NCBI RefSeq assembly: GCF_001194135.2
Contig: NC_068985.1
Span: 33,715,195-33,779,194 of the forward strand
Length of the DNA stretch: 64,000 nt
Direction: 5' to 3'
Origin: Octopus bimaculoides
Lineage: Eukaryota
Shown here: piece by piece, positions 12,145 to 25,147 of the stretch
Layout: each line of letters begins with the position of its first letter
Numbering within the stretch: the stretch's first letter is position 1
Notes under the pieces: model-generated
What the model was told of the DNA's origin: nothing
What the model saw: the letters and a program-made list of their open reading frames with translations, nothing else
Databases searched by the model: none
Position numbers and translations under genes: made by a program

Positions 12145-13250
12145 TATTTTACTATTTTAAAATGTTTCAGCTGCAAACCTGCGGTCAAGCTGGAGTGCCA
12201 CTGTTGGCTAAGCTACCCCATTATTTGGAACCTCTTCTGATATGTGGCATTTGGTCAATGAGGGATTTTGATGCTGCTGCCCTCATCTGTGCTTCCTACC
12301 ATGAGGTAGGCTCATCTGGAACCCATAACAGGAAGAGATCTAGTTTTGTTTTAAAGACACTTACAACAACACCATGCAGGTCTCTCAGGCATTTTGGAAG
12401 GATATTAAAGAGCTGAAGCCCAAGCTGTTGCAGTATCTGGTCCTGTATTTTGATGGCAAAGCTTGGATCTTTGGCACTATGCAGTGGTGCCCCATTCTGC
12501 AGTTTGCGTAACTTTCAATGCCAAAGTNNNNNNNNNNATATATATATATATATACTATTTTACTATTTTAAAATGTTTCAGCTGCAAACCTGCGGTCAAG
12601 CTGGAGTGCCACTGTTGGCTAAGCTACCCCATTATTTGGAACCTCTTCTGATATGTGGCATTTGGTCAATGAGGGATTTTGATGCTGCTGCCCTCATCTG
12701 TGCTTCCTACCATGAGGTAGGCTCATCTGGAACCCATAACAGGAAGAGATCTAGTTTTGTTTTAAAGACACTTACAACAACACCATGCAGGTCTCTCAGG
12801 CATTTTGGAAGGATATTAAAGAGCTGAAGCCCAAGCTGTTGCAGTATCTGGTCCTGTATTTTGATGGCAAAGCTTGGATCTTTGGCACTATGCAGTGGTG
12901 CCCCATTCTGCAGTTTGCGTAACTTTCAATGCCAAAGTTTGGTACAAGGTCTTCTAGGATTTTCCAGATGTATATTACTGCATATTTCTCCCGCCTTCAT
13001 TCCAGGGAGAAGAGTTTTAATTCTATAAGTCTTTCCCAGTAGCTGACATGTTCCATCGAGATGATTTTCTTAATGTAGCTTCGTTGGATTGCTTCAAGTT
13101 CCACCATGGATTTTTTATTGTGTGGTGACCATAGTTGCGAGCACTAGCCTGAGTGGCTGAGAATGTATGTTGTCCAAAGGATCATCAATGTCCCCTTGTT
13201 TTGAAATTTAAGAGGATCCAGCCAGCCAGCCATCTACATTTTATTACTAT
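12145..13250 (-). mobile_element. CR1/L2-group LINE 3' fragment (partly duplicated across a 10-N gap)
   Basis: Minus strand reads YWERLIELKLFSLE*RREKYAVIYIWKILEDLVPNFGI...RTRYCNSLGF. Same family as 14070-15150. Confidence 0.75.
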
Positions 13251-13269
13251 ATATATCCATTGTAAATCA

Positions 13270-13806
13270 GCTTAAGTACCCAAGACAACAAACACGCTGA
13301 ACACACAGAAAACCCAGCAACACATGCTTCCTTAAAATACCCCATTTTAGTGAGAGGATAACTACAGCCATCTGAAGAGCCATAAGAAAAGAAGAGCTAG
13401 ACATACAACTAGCCCACTCCAGTCCCTCTCTGAGAAAACATCTCACAAAGAAACGACAAGGGACAGCAATCAATGCACACTAGCTAACTGCTCCATCCAT
13501 GACACAGATTTATGCCAATGGGTAAATGTTGTGTATAGAATACAACATAAGAAATGCAACAAGTTCTATGTGAGTAGCACAACAAGACCGTTACACATTC
13601 GCATCAAAGAACATCTGAACACGAGAGCCTCTTCCTTCAGAAAACATCTAGACAGATGCCGGAACACTAACAAAAGCATAACAGTCACAATTGAGGCCAA
13701 TGAAAGAAATTTGGGTAATTTAAGAATTAAGGAAGCTATCCTCATAGACAGATTAGGGCCCCAAATTAACAACAAGCTGGAGGCTGGCAGTCAGTATATT
13801 ATTTAG
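13270..13806 (+). mobile_element. Penelope-like GIY-YIG endonuclease fragment
   Basis: ORF 13531-13806: VYRIQHKKCNKFYVSSTTRPLHIRIKEH...LRIKEAILI..LGPQINNK (VY-x-I-x-C-x2-C-x3-YVG and EAILI..L.P..N pattern, degenerate). Confidence 0.75.
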
Positions 13807-14069
13807 TTACGTCAGGATGTGTGTAGGTTCATTTTTTATAACATGCTCATGTATCATTTTTAAAAAAAGTAAGAAGGAAAAAGAAAAAAAAGAAATTGCA
13901 CCTACAGTACTTAGAAGCAGTGCCACAGATGTGCCAACACACACAAGCTTGAGACATGGCCGCCCTCATGCACTTCCCATGAGGAATTCCAGAAGGACTT
14001 TATGAGACCACTGCAGAGATGCTTCTAAGAGAAAAAAAAAATCTCAGCCACCATTGGAAAACTAATTAT

Positions 14070-15150
14070 AGCAGTGACTAGAACAATTCTTATAGATATC
14101 TGAAAAAGGAATTTTTGTATTCAAAAATATTATTTTCTCAGATAGAAACCTGTCCAGACGTTCCTTGAAAACTTCCACATCAACACCATGTAGATCTCTA
14201 AGATTGTCTGGAAGGATGTTGAACAATTGTGGGCCCTTGAAACCCAAACTATTGTAGTATTGTGTCCTTATTTTAGATGGGGAAGATGGGATCTTTGGTA
14301 TATTGCAGTGCCATCTAGTTCGAGGATTTGTATACCTGTCAATTCCAAAATTGGGGGCTAAACTCTCTAATATCTTCCAAATATATACCACTGCATATCT
14401 CTCTTGTCTTCTCTCCAGGGAATAGACTCAGCACTTTTAGCCTTTCCCAGTAGCCCATCTTTTGCATCGAGTCAATCTTCTTTGTGTATTGGCACTGGAT
14501 TGCTTCGAGTTCCACAGTTTGTTTCACACTCTCTGGGGACCATAGTTGTGAGTAGTAGTCCAAGTAGCTGAGAATGAAAGTCTTCCATATGAGTAGCAGA
14601 GCTTCCCTTTTCCTAGTTCTGAATGTCATCAGAATCCAGCCAGCCACTCGCATGCATAGTGTTGCCATCTTGGTAATAAGCACATGGAATGTTGCATCAT
14701 TGCTCATGTGAACCCCCAGGTCACGCACCAACTCTGACTCTGCGACCATATTACCGTCTGGTCCAGTGAATTCCAATTTTAGCCTGGTGTTGGACCAATA
14801 GTGGTGTGCCTGAAATTTTTTAGCATTGAACTGCATGTTATTTTTGTTAGCCCATTTGTAGATTTCGTTCAGGTCTTTCTGCAGTTTTATGATGTCCTCT
14901 GGGTTCCTAACTGCCTGCAATATTTTTGTGTCATCAGCATAACTGGTTAGATCGGTTGACTGTACTGCAGTGCATGTCTGAGAGGGCCACCACAAATAGT
15001 AGTGGCCCCAGTACAGTTCCCTGTGGGACTCTGCTTAGAATTGGTGTCTCTTCAGAGTGGGCACCATTGGCTACAACTGTCTGACTCCTGCCCTTCAGAA
15101 AATCATGTAGCTACTCTCCCAATTTCCTGGTAATACCAAGGTTTCACAGC
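14070..15150 (-). mobile_element. CR1/L2-group LINE RT C-terminal fragment
   Basis: ORFs 14339-14995 (SYADDTKI, VRDLGV, LDYYSQLWSP, YWERLKVL) and 14062-14391. Upstream GVPQGTVLGP-type codons lie near 15000-15040. Confidence 0.85.
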
Positions 15151-15178
15151 TTGTGACATATATACATATGTATATATG

Positions 15179-15231
<53 letters not shown>

Positions 15232-15696
15232 ATATATGTATGTATGTGTGTATATATGTATGTATGTGTGTATATATGTNNNNNNNNNNNNNNNNNNNNN
15301 NNNNNNNNNNNNNNNNNNNNNNNNNNNNNNNNNNNNNNNNNNNNNNNNNNNNNNNNNNNNNNNNNNNNNNNNNNNNNNNNNNNNNNNNNNNNNNNNNNNN
15401 NNNNNNNNNNNNNNNNNNNNNNNNNNNNNNNNNNNNNNNNNNNNNNNNNNNNNNNNNNNNNNNNNNNNNNNNNNNNNNNNNNNNNNNNNNNNNNNNNNNN
15501 NNNNNNNNNNNNNNNNNNNNNNNNNNNNNNNNNNNNNNNNNNNNNNNNNNNNNNNNNNNNNNNNNNNNNNNNNNNNNNNNNNNNNNNNNNNNNNNNNNNN
15601 NNNNNNNNNNNNNNNNNNNNNNNNNNNNNNNNNNNNNNNNNNNNNNNNNNNNNNNNNNNNNNNNNNNNNNNNNNNNNNNNNNNNNNNNNNNNNNNN

Positions 15697-15741
<45 letters not shown>

Positions 15742-15744
15742 GTA

Positions 15745-16402
15745 TGCCTCACCAAGGCAATGACTAGTGACCGAGACCTTTGGAATTTTGCACAACGTGA
15801 GAAGACACGGCAAGCCAAGTGAGACCATAATCCGTGGCCTCTGCCAGGGGTGTAGCCAGCCCACTTATTCATACCTTTACTTCATTGGACACTAAACTCT
15901 GCTTGCGAAGACCTGTTGGAGCAAGTGAAATCGAAATCGTAATTGAACCAAATTCAATGAGTGGCACCTGTGCCAGTGGAGTGCTAACAGCACCATCCAA
16001 GCGTGATCATTGTCAGAGCAGCTGTCTGGCTTTCGTGTCAGTGGCCCGTAAATAGCACCGTTCGAGCGGGATCGTTACCAGCATCACCTTACTGGCACTT
16101 GTGTTGTTGGCACATGAAAAAACATTCAAGCAAGGTCGTTGCCAGTGCCGCTGGACTGGCTCCTGTGCAGGTGGCACATAAAAAACACCATTTTGAGCGT
16201 GGCCATTGCCAGTACTACCTGACTGGCACATAAACGCACCCACTACACTCTTGGAGTGCTTGGCGTTAGGAAGGGCATCCAGCTATAGAAACTCTGCCAG
16301 ATCAGATTGGAGCCTGGTGCAGCCTTCATCAGTCCTCAGTCAAATCGTCCAACCCATGCTTGCATGGAAAGCAGACGTTAAACAATGATGAGGATGATGA
16401 TG
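15745..16402 (+). mobile_element. RTE-clade LINE, 5'-truncated (ORF end, long 3' UTR, (GAT)n tail)
   Basis: Encodes LTKAMTSDRDLWNFAQREKTRQAK*. 3' UTR ends GGAAAGCAGACGTTAAACAATGATGAGGATGATGATG. Inserted in (TA)n. Confidence 0.85.
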
Positions 16403-16456
16403 ATATATATATATATATGCATATGTATATGTATGGGTATATATATATGTATATGT

Positions 16457-16493
<37 letters not shown>

Positions 16494-16734
16494 NNNNNNN
16501 NNNNNNNNNNNNNNNNNNNNNNNNNNNNNNNNNNNNNNNNNNNNNNNNNNNNNNNNNNNNNNNNNNNNNNNNNNNNNNNNNNNNNNNNNNNNNNNNNNNN
16601 NNNNNNNNNNNNNNNNNNNNNNNNNNNNNNNNNNNNNNNNNNNNNNNNNNNNNNNNNNNNNNNNNNNNNNNNNNNNNNNATATATGTATATATATGTATG
16701 TATGTATATATATGTATGTATGTATATATGTATG

Positions 16735-16775
<41 letters not shown>

Positions 16776-16777
<2 letters not shown>

Positions 16778-17660
16778 TCATCATCATCATCATCATTTAA
16801 CATCTGCTTTCCATGCTGGCATGAGGACTGGTGAGCCAGAAGGCTGCACTGGGCTCCAATCTGATCTAGCAAAGTTTCTACAGCTGGATGCCCTTCCTAA
16901 TGCCAACCACTCCGAAAGCGTAGTCGAAGCTTTTACATGCCACCTGCATGAGAGCCAGTCAGGAGGTACTGGCAACGATCACGCTAAGAAGGTGTTTTTT
17001 ATGTGCCACCTGCATGGGAGCCAGTCTGGCAGCACTGGCAATGATCACGCTTGAATGCTGTTTTCGACGTGCCACTGGCGCATGTGCCGGTAAGGCAACA
17101 CTGGCAACGATCATACTTGAATGGCGCTTTTAACATTTCACTGGCACAAGTGCCAATCAGGCAGTACTGTCATCAGCCACGTCAGCAATTTTGATTTTGA
17201 TTTCACTTGCTTCAACAGGTCTTCACAAAGAATGAAGGGTACTCATAAGTGGGCTGGTTATATACCACTGGCATAAGCCATGGGTTATGGTCTCACTTGG
17301 CTTGTTGGGTCTTCTCAAGCACAGCATATTTCCAAAGGTCTTGGTCACTAGTCATTGCCTCAGAAAGGCCCAATGTTCGAAGGTCATGCTTCCCCACCTC
17401 ATCCCAGGTCTTCCTGGGTCTGCCTCTTCCACAGGTTCCGTCAACTGCTAGGGTGTGACACTTTTTCACACAGCTGTCCTCATTCATTCGCAACACATGA
17501 TGATACCAGCGCAGTTGTCTCTCTTGCACACCACATCTGATGCTTCTTAAGTCCAACTTTTTACACATCCAGCGGAACATACTGGCTTCATTCCTTGCTA
17601 GCTTACGCATGTCCTCAGCAGTCACCGCCCATGCACCACTTTTAACTTTTTCAATATATT
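16776..17660 (-). mobile_element. RTE-clade LINE, 5'-truncated
   Basis: ORF 17293-17832 includes QLRWYHHVLRM...GRGRPRKTWDEV..HDLRTLGLSEAMTSDQDLWKYAVLEKTQQAK. Same 3' UTR and (GAT)n tail as 15745-16402. Confidence 0.85.
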
Positions 17661-17719
17661 TAATTGTGTTAGAGAGAGAGTGTGTGTGTGAGTGCGTGCA
17701 TTTCTTTATTTTGATATCA

Positions 17720-17904
17720 TGAGATAATTGTGAATGTAATACAAGCAATGTCATTAATTTCAAATGTCCTGCAGAAACATGTCTTTCCATGGAAATAAGT
17801 GACTGTTTGTCACAGGAAGAGCATCTAACCATAAAAAATCTGCCTCAATAAACACCATACAACCTCTACTAGCTTGAAAAGGTGCATGTTAAAACGATGA
17901 GGTA

Positions 17905-17971
<67 letters not shown>

Positions 17972-18170
17972 CCAGCATCAGCATCATTTAACATCCCTAT
18001 ATTCCATGCACCCATGGGTTGGATGGTTTGATAGGACCCAGCTATCCTGAGGGCTGCACTGGTCTCCAGTGTCTGTTTTGGCAAGGTTTCTGTGGCTGGA
18101 TGCTCTTTTTAATGCCAACCATTTTACAGAGCATATTGGGTATTTTTTTCATAGTACCATCTGTAGTAAA
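17720..18170. mobile_element. Two RTE-tail fragments, tail-to-tail around (TA)n
   Basis: Plus copy about 17720-17900 (CAGGAAGAGCATCTAACCATAAAAAATCTGCCTC). Minus copy about 17975-18170 (GCTGGATGCTCTTTTTAATGCCAACC). Confidence 0.55.
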
Positions 18171-18687
18171 GATGATAAGTAACTCACAAGACAAAACCCA
18201 TTGACAGAGTAGAGGCGCAGTATTGAGGGTGATGGCTTTTGTGTTAATTGTTACTGTTAACAGGAAAAGCAGAAAAACTGCCTTAACAAGCTTTGTCTGA
18301 CCTATATAGTGTGTGTGTGTGTACACACACACACACATGATGGCAATTTCTTTGTGTCTGAAGATCATGAGAGAGCAGCATGCCCTGAAGTAATTATGTA
18401 AACTGATCCTTTATGCTCCTGCATACACTCAGTAGTTTTAAAGTGAGAGTCAGTCCATACAATTTTTAAGTTAGAGATCTGTCTACAATGGCTTTGCTGG
18501 CTCAGCAAGCTGTGGGATTTACATTGGAGTAGCCTTCTTGGTAAATTGCCTTACAAGGCTGGGGAGCTCCACCTACCCTGGAGTTGCCAGAAGGGTTTCA
18601 AAGAGGCTACCAGACAGCCTGACGGATTCCAATCCTTGATTTGCTGTTAAAGTTAACTCTCCAAGCTTTATTCCTTCCCCAAGGCAC

Positions 18688-20810
18688 TCACAAGTCAGTG
18701 AGAATGTATATATGGAGAGAGTAGAGCTTCAAGGCTTTAAGGTGGTCCCAGTAATCAAGATCAGTCATGCCTTCAATTCGTTTAGTGAGTGCCCTCTGAG
18801 GTGATTCAATCCTCGAGATGTTTTGTTTTGTATGGGGAGACCACAAGGGGCAGCAGTATTTGAGGTATGGCCGTACAAAGGAGGAGAAAAGTGGAATGAT
18901 GACACCTTGTTCTCTGGACCGGAAGGTTCTTAAGATCCAGGAGCTCATCCTACAAGCTATATTGACCTTATTGTTGATGTGGGCACTCCAATTGAGATTG
19001 TTGTCAACCATTACACCCAGATCTCTGATATTATTGGATGCCGTGAGCAGTTCCCCTGAAGGAAGAGAATATGGCTGTTTTAGTATAAACTTTCTTCCAA
19101 AATGCATCAGCTTAAATTTTCCCTTGTTCAGTTTCATTTTGTTTTTGTCTAACCATTGACTCACAGCATATAAATCAGACTGGAGTTGAGTTTGGTCTTC
19201 TCCTTCATTGATGATTTGCTGGAGCTTAGTGTCATCAGCAAATATTTTCACTTTGCAGTGATTTACGATGCTGGAAAGGTCATTTATGTAAATTATAAAG
19301 AGGAGCGGGCCCAAGACAGTCCCCTGAGGGACACCACTGGTAACTTTTGCTGGGCTTGAATGGTCTCCATCAACCACAACTCCTTGTGTTCTATTCTCCA
19401 GGAAATATCTAATCCAGTGTAGAAGTTTTCTATGGATTCCAGCATTTGCCAATTTTGTGAGTAAGATATTATGGTCAACCCTGTCGAACGCTTTACTGAA
19501 GTCAAGATATATGACATCAGTGTTCGAACCTGTTCCTAAGGCTTTAAGTATATCTTCAATATGGTGTAAGAGCTGTGTTAGACAGTCCCTGCCACAGCGA
19601 AAGCCATGCTGGTTTGCATTTAGGAGTTTGTGGGTCTCCAGGGAGTCAGCTATCCTTGATCTTACCACTCTTTCAAACACTTTAATGATGTGGGAGGTGA
19701 GTGAGATTGGGCGATAGTTGACTGTGAGGGATCTGTTTCCCTGTTTGAAAACCAGGATGACAGACTGGGAAAGAAGCTGTTTTGGTATATAACCTGAATC
19801 TAAAGAGTTTCTCCAGAGGTTGGTCAGAGGGACTGCAAATTGGTGTCTACATTCCTTCAGGAGACTTGCGGGGAATCTATCAGGGCCTACAGCAGAATAG
19901 TATTTGACCTCATTTATTACTGCTATGATGTCTGAAGCAGAGAAGGTTATGTCCGAGATTTTATGTTGGGAATCAACTTGGTTCGCTTCTCTTACGTCAA
20001 TATCAGTGGGATCACTAAAGACAGAGCAGTATTGTTTCTGCAGTATTTCTGCCATTTCTTTAGCATCGTGTTGGGGAATGTCATTATCATCAATCAATGA
20101 CCCAATGGGTGAGACAGCAGTTCTATTCTTATTTTCATAAGAATAAAACCCGTTTGGGTTCTGTTTGATGTTTTTGATTACCCATTGTTCTTCCGCAGCT
20201 CTTTGATTTTCAATGGAGGTTTTCATGTCGGCCTGCAGATGAAGTTTTTCCAACTCCAGCTTTTTCATTGTTGTTGAATGTGGATGTTGTATGTGGGAGT
20301 ATTTTAAATGATTGATTTCTTTTATTGAGTCTTTTGATGCATCTGAAGAGTGTTTTTTTCTTTCTCAGGGGCCAGTTTCTGTTTGTGTTAGTGGATTTCG
20401 TAGAAGCGTGTTTTGAGCATGTATAGGTGACAATATTCTCAAAGTGTTGCCATGCAGTCTCAATGTGAGTGGAACTGAGAGTGTAAGACCAATCAATAAA
20501 GGACAGATCCTTTCTGATAGCTCCCCAGTCTGCTTTGTGGAAGTTTATGTTGTCAAATGAGTGCCGTGGAGCGGGATTGGCTGGTTTGGTTTTGATATGC
20601 TTGGAATTAAAATTGCAGAGTATCATGTCGTGGTCTGTGAGGAGAGTTTTCTCAACTGAAATACTGTGAACGGAGCTAGAGTGGTTGGTTAATATTAGAT
20701 CCAAGATCGTTTTATTCTGTCTTGTTGGTTCGAGCACTAGCTGAGTCAGGAAGAATTTATCCGTCAGATTAAAGAGTATTTCTGCTGCTGCTTTATCTAA
20801 TGTAGAACAT
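18688..20810 (-). mobile_element. CR1/L2-group LINE ORF2 (endonuclease C-terminus plus RT), frameshifted
   Basis: 526-aa ORF 18688-20268 has NYRPISLTSH, NQHGFR, VIYLDFSKAFDRVDH, SGVPQGTVLGPLLF, IFADDTKL and RDLGV. ORF 20210-20737 has PTRQNKTILDLILTN. Confidence 0.9.
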
Positions 20811-21445
20811 CTGCCTAACTTCAGAGTATTTATTTATATATAAAACATATCTAACATATATTTCATATGTATACATATAATATACACATTTTGTAGATAC
20901 TAAATATGGAAATACATTATACATATTCTAAATATATATATATATATATATGTGCGGGTGTAGATGGACAGCTGATAATAGTCATAATCATTACTTAAGG
21001 TTTCATAGACAAGGATGCAAGTGCCAGATTAATAAGTTTAACTTCCCAACTACATGGTTTCCAATTCAGCCCCACTGTACGGCACTTTGAGAAAGTATCA
21101 ACCAAAGCCTTGTGAATGAATTTTACAGAAGGAAATTGAAAAGAAAGTGTCATATATATATNNNNNNNNNNNNNNNNNNNNNNNNNNNNNNNNNNNNNNN
21201 NNNNNNNNNNNNNNNNNNNNNNNNNNNNNNNNNNNNNNNNNNNNNNNNNNNNNNNNNNNNNNNNNNNNNNNNNNNNNNNNNNNNNNNNNNNNNNNNNNNN
21301 NNNNNNNNNNNNNNNNNNNNNNNNNNNNNNNNNNNNNNNNNNNNNNNNNNNNNNNNNNNNNNNNNNNNNNNNNNNNNNNNNNNNNNNNNNNNNNNNNNNN
21401 NNNNNNNNNNNNNNNNNNNNNNNNNNNNNNNNNNNNNNNNNNNNN

Positions 21446-21487
<42 letters not shown>

Positions 21488-21499
21488 TGTGTGTGCCTT

Positions 21500-21780
21500 T
21501 GTGTGGCACTCCATCAGTTACAATGACTAGGGTTCCAGCTGATCCAATCATCAGAACAATCTACTTGTGAAATTAATGTGGAAGTGGCTGAGCACTCCAC
21601 AAACACATGTACCCTTGACATAATTCTCAGGGAGATTCAACATGACACAGAATGTGACAAGGCTGACTCCTTTTGAAATACAGGTACTACTCACTTTTGC
21701 CAGCTGGGTGGACCAGTGCAATGTGAAATAAAGTGTCTTGCTCAAGGATACAAGTCAAATGCCCTAACTACTAAGCCAAA
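21500..21780 (-). mobile_element. tRNA-derived SINE, family E
   Basis: Reverse complement of 27749-28078 (GTGGCTGAGCACTCCACAAACACATGTACCCTT, GGTTCCAGCTGATCC). Confidence 0.7.
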
Positions 21781-21784
21781 CGCC

Positions 21785-22247
21785 TTCACACATACACACA
21801 CACACACATACACACATGCATACACACACATACATACACACATACATACATACATATACACACATACATACACACACATATATACACACACATACATGCA
21901 CATATATATATACACACAAATACATACACACACATACACATGCATACACATACATACACATACATACACACATACATACAAACACACACATATATATATA
22001 TACACACACACATATATGCACACATACATACACACATACATACACACACATACACACACACATACACACACATGCATACATATATACACATACATACTCA
22101 CACACATATATACATATATACACACATATATATATATACATATATATAAATACATACATATGTAAATATATATATATACATATATAAATATATATATATG
22201 TATATATATATATTTATATACATAAATATATATTTATATATGTATGT

Positions 22248-22315
<68 letters not shown>
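21785..22315. repeat. Long compound microsatellite (CA/CATA/TA)
   Basis: Direct reading. Many similar tracts occur, e.g. 1385-1755, 2976-3585, (CT)n 4612-4658, (CA)n 28480-28565, (GT)n 39210-39316. Confidence 0.95.
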
Positions 22316-23200
22316 TCTGTCAGTTAAACGAGCAGCCACAGTAACTTATGATGCTGATGATATTATCATTGAGAAGTAAAGTCATACGCTATGTTGCAAA
22401 GTTATCTGCATGCAGGATGGAGAAAACTGCATGGAATTTAATGGTGGAAAAACTTAAAACTTTTGCTTTCAGCCCACAAGCATACTACCACCAGAATACA
22501 CAGGAACATGAGGAATTGTAGTTCTTGGGTTTCAGTTCAGTGTATGACTTGTAAGTAAATATGCATCGTTTCATATAGATGTTACTAAAATGGTAATGTT
22601 TTGTAGAAGGTTAGCAAATGGATTCTAGGATCATTTAGAATGTGCGAGTAAGGAACTATGCTGTTTCTGTGGTGAACATTTTCCTTATCCATCCAGTCTT
22701 TTGTTCACAGATCCAGTCATCAAACTGTGTTAAACTAACACCTGAAGTAGAAGCAATTGTAAGTTGTCACACAAGGAAAATAGCCTCAATGCAACAGCTG
22801 GGCTATTAGAGCTGTTGAAAGCCCATAACTCTGCTCTTTAGAATGAAGATGAGAAAGATATGCAGTGATTCACATGTGGAAGATCCTTGAGCACCAAACT
22901 TCAGTACTGAGTGCTATATCAATCATCAAACTGGTAATTATTGCTTAATGCTGAAGTCCTACCTTTCTCATCATATATTGGAATCAGATACTGCAGCAGC
23001 TTAGGGGTCATAAGCTACCAGATTTTCGAAGAGCTTGAGAAATCTACATGAAAAAGAAGTAAATGTATTTAAGAAACTGCTGAATACTCTATAACCTGGG
23101 ATCCTAGATAGATTAACATCATGGCATGAAACACAAATGAGGACAATGATATCAAACTCTCCCATCCATCAACAAGGGAAAGAGAGTTGTAGTAACAGTA
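22316..23200 (+). mobile_element. Very degenerate non-LTR RT remnant
   Basis: Broken frames give [10 protein letters not shown] (YADD-like), then MLQSYL..GW..L..I*WWKNLKL. No intact ORF. Confidence 0.3.
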
Positions 23201-23224
23201 ATATTGGCAGTGCTTGTCTACATG

Positions 23225-23228
23225 TATG

Positions 23229-23259
<31 letters not shown>

Positions 23260-23470
23260 TTAATGTCCGGCTTCCATACTGGCATGAGTTGAGTGGTTTA
23301 ACAGAAACTGACAAGTCAGTTTCTGTTAAACCACTCAAGAATCCAGTACATGCTCTGATGTCTACTTTGGCATGGTTTCTATTGTTGGATGTTCTTCCTA
23401 ACACCATTCACATTACAGAATGTACTGGATTCTTTTTTGCAGTACTAGAATCTCTGATGATTGCCTCAAG
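23225..23470 (-). mobile_element. RTE-type 3' tail fragment
   Basis: (CAT)n CCTTTAATGTCCGGCTTCCATACTGGCATG...TTGGATGTTCTTCCTAACACC. Confidence 0.6.
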
Positions 23471-24169
23471 GCTAAGCACTTAAGGTGGCTCCTATAATTG
23501 AAGGAGAGTGAGCGATGTTTGTAGATGGAGGAACAAGGGACATTAAGTAAGAGAAAAGGATGGGAGGAACAGAGGTGAGTGAAAGGATTAATGACAGGTG
23601 TTATTGAGAAAAAGGGATGGATAGAGTTGAAAGCTGATAGGAGAGTTGTGTAAGGGATTATAAGGGAAAAGTATGGGCAGAAGATGGAGGAGGGAAAGGA
23701 TAAAAAGAGAGCAATAGACTAGGGTGAAGAGAATCCTGAGAGTCATTGAAGAAAAGAGAGGTGTAGAGGATTGTAGTGGTATGCCAGACCAGATGAAGAA
23801 AGATGAGAAGTGATGTAGAGAAAGCAGGGAAGCAGTGGGGGAGAGGGCACTGAGAGAAAAAGAGGCAGAGGATGAAGAGTAGGAAGGAGACACTGCAGGG
23901 TACCATGGGGGTAAGAGGAAGAGGAAGAGCATGTTGTGAAAGCATCGTAGATGGGGAGGTAGTGAAAAGGGGGGAGTGAGAGACATAGGGAAAACAGTGG
24001 GTGGGTGCAGCAAGAGAATGAAAGGCTAAGAGAATCTGAGAGGTAGGAAAATGAGTAATGAGAAGTTGGGTTGCAACAGAGGTAACTTGGGCAATAATGA
24101 GCCATAAATGATGAATAGATGGTATTCATGTAAGACGATGGGATTGTAAGATGGGCTTGGTGGAAAGCA

Positions 24170-24625
24170 GTATGACACCCATGCCAGTGGCATGTAAAAG
24201 CACCCATTACACTCTCAGAGTGGTTGGTGTTAGGAAGGGCATCCAGCCATAGAAAACCATGCCAAATCAGACTGGAGTCTGGTGCAGCCTTCCAGCTTAC
24301 CAGCCCTGGTCAAACTGTCCAACCCATGCCAGCATGGACAATGGACAAGTACCTTGGACAAGTGTTTAATAAATTAGCCCAGAGTCAGCTAAAACCATCA
24401 TATATCATCATCATCATTTAATGTCCGTTTTTCATGTTGGCATGGGTTAGATTGTTTGGCAAGAATTGGCAACCCAGAGGGTTGTGCTGAGCTCTTTGTC
24501 CTATATTGACAAGGTTTCTATGGCTGGATGCCCTTCCCACAACCAACCATTTTACAGAGTGTACCAGGTACTTTTTTTGGTGGCATCAGCACTGATGGGG
24601 GTCACCAAGTAACTTGTGAGACAAG
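24170..24625. mobile_element. Two RTE-tail fragments in inverted orientation
   Basis: Plus copy 24170-24345 (GGTGTTAGGAAGGGCATCCAGCCATAGAAAA). Minus copy 24400-24625 (GGCTGGATGCCCTTCCCACAACCAACC). Confidence 0.65.
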
Positions 24626-25147
24626 ACAAAATCCTCTCAACTAGGGGGAGTAGTACTGAAGGAGATGGTTTTTGGTGGATGGTTAAAAGAAGAACAGAGA
24701 GACAGAAATAGGTGCCTTGCTGTCGAAGAGATACAAGGATACCTCCAGTTGGAGAGATTTAGAGAGAAAGATAGAGCAAGAGAGAATGAGAGAGATGGTA
24801 GTGTATATGTGTCAGGACATACCCTCATGGTACAGTGTGGGATAAATATCAGCATAGTGACACAGAGCATTGAACTAGGTGAGTGGGCAGGGAGCAGAGG
24901 GAGAAGTTTCATAAGACTGTAAGAAGAGATGGCATAGAAGTGACTGTAGTAATTCAAGGTGAGAGATACATAAGAGTGGCTCAGGGGAAGAGGTTATGTT
25001 AGGTATGTGAAGGCATTGGGAGTGATACTAGTTAAAAGAGATGTTAAAGATGGAGTAAAGTAGAGAGGAGAGGAGAAAGCATGACTGGATAATGAGGAAT
25101 GGAAGTGATTCTGGGGTGAGGGAGGAAGGAGATATATACATACATAC

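Noticed and set aside
12125-12938. Apparently identical 400-bp tandem duplication
   Set aside because: The copies are separated by exactly 10 Ns and both start at a contig end in (TA)n. This is typical of unmerged overlapping contigs rather than biology.
13900-14030. Hammerhead in the repeat downstream of the plus-strand PLE endonuclease
   Set aside because: Only loose resemblance (ACAGATG...GAGACATGGC); the core and stems cannot be drawn.
15103-16872. Long ORFs containing X runs (also 21098-21551, 28873-29371)
   Set aside because: They are open only because they cross N gaps.
18688-20268. Host protein-coding gene (longest ORF)
   Set aside because: Intronless non-LTR RT with a frameshifted endonuclease part and a corrupted C-terminus; a retrotransposon remnant.
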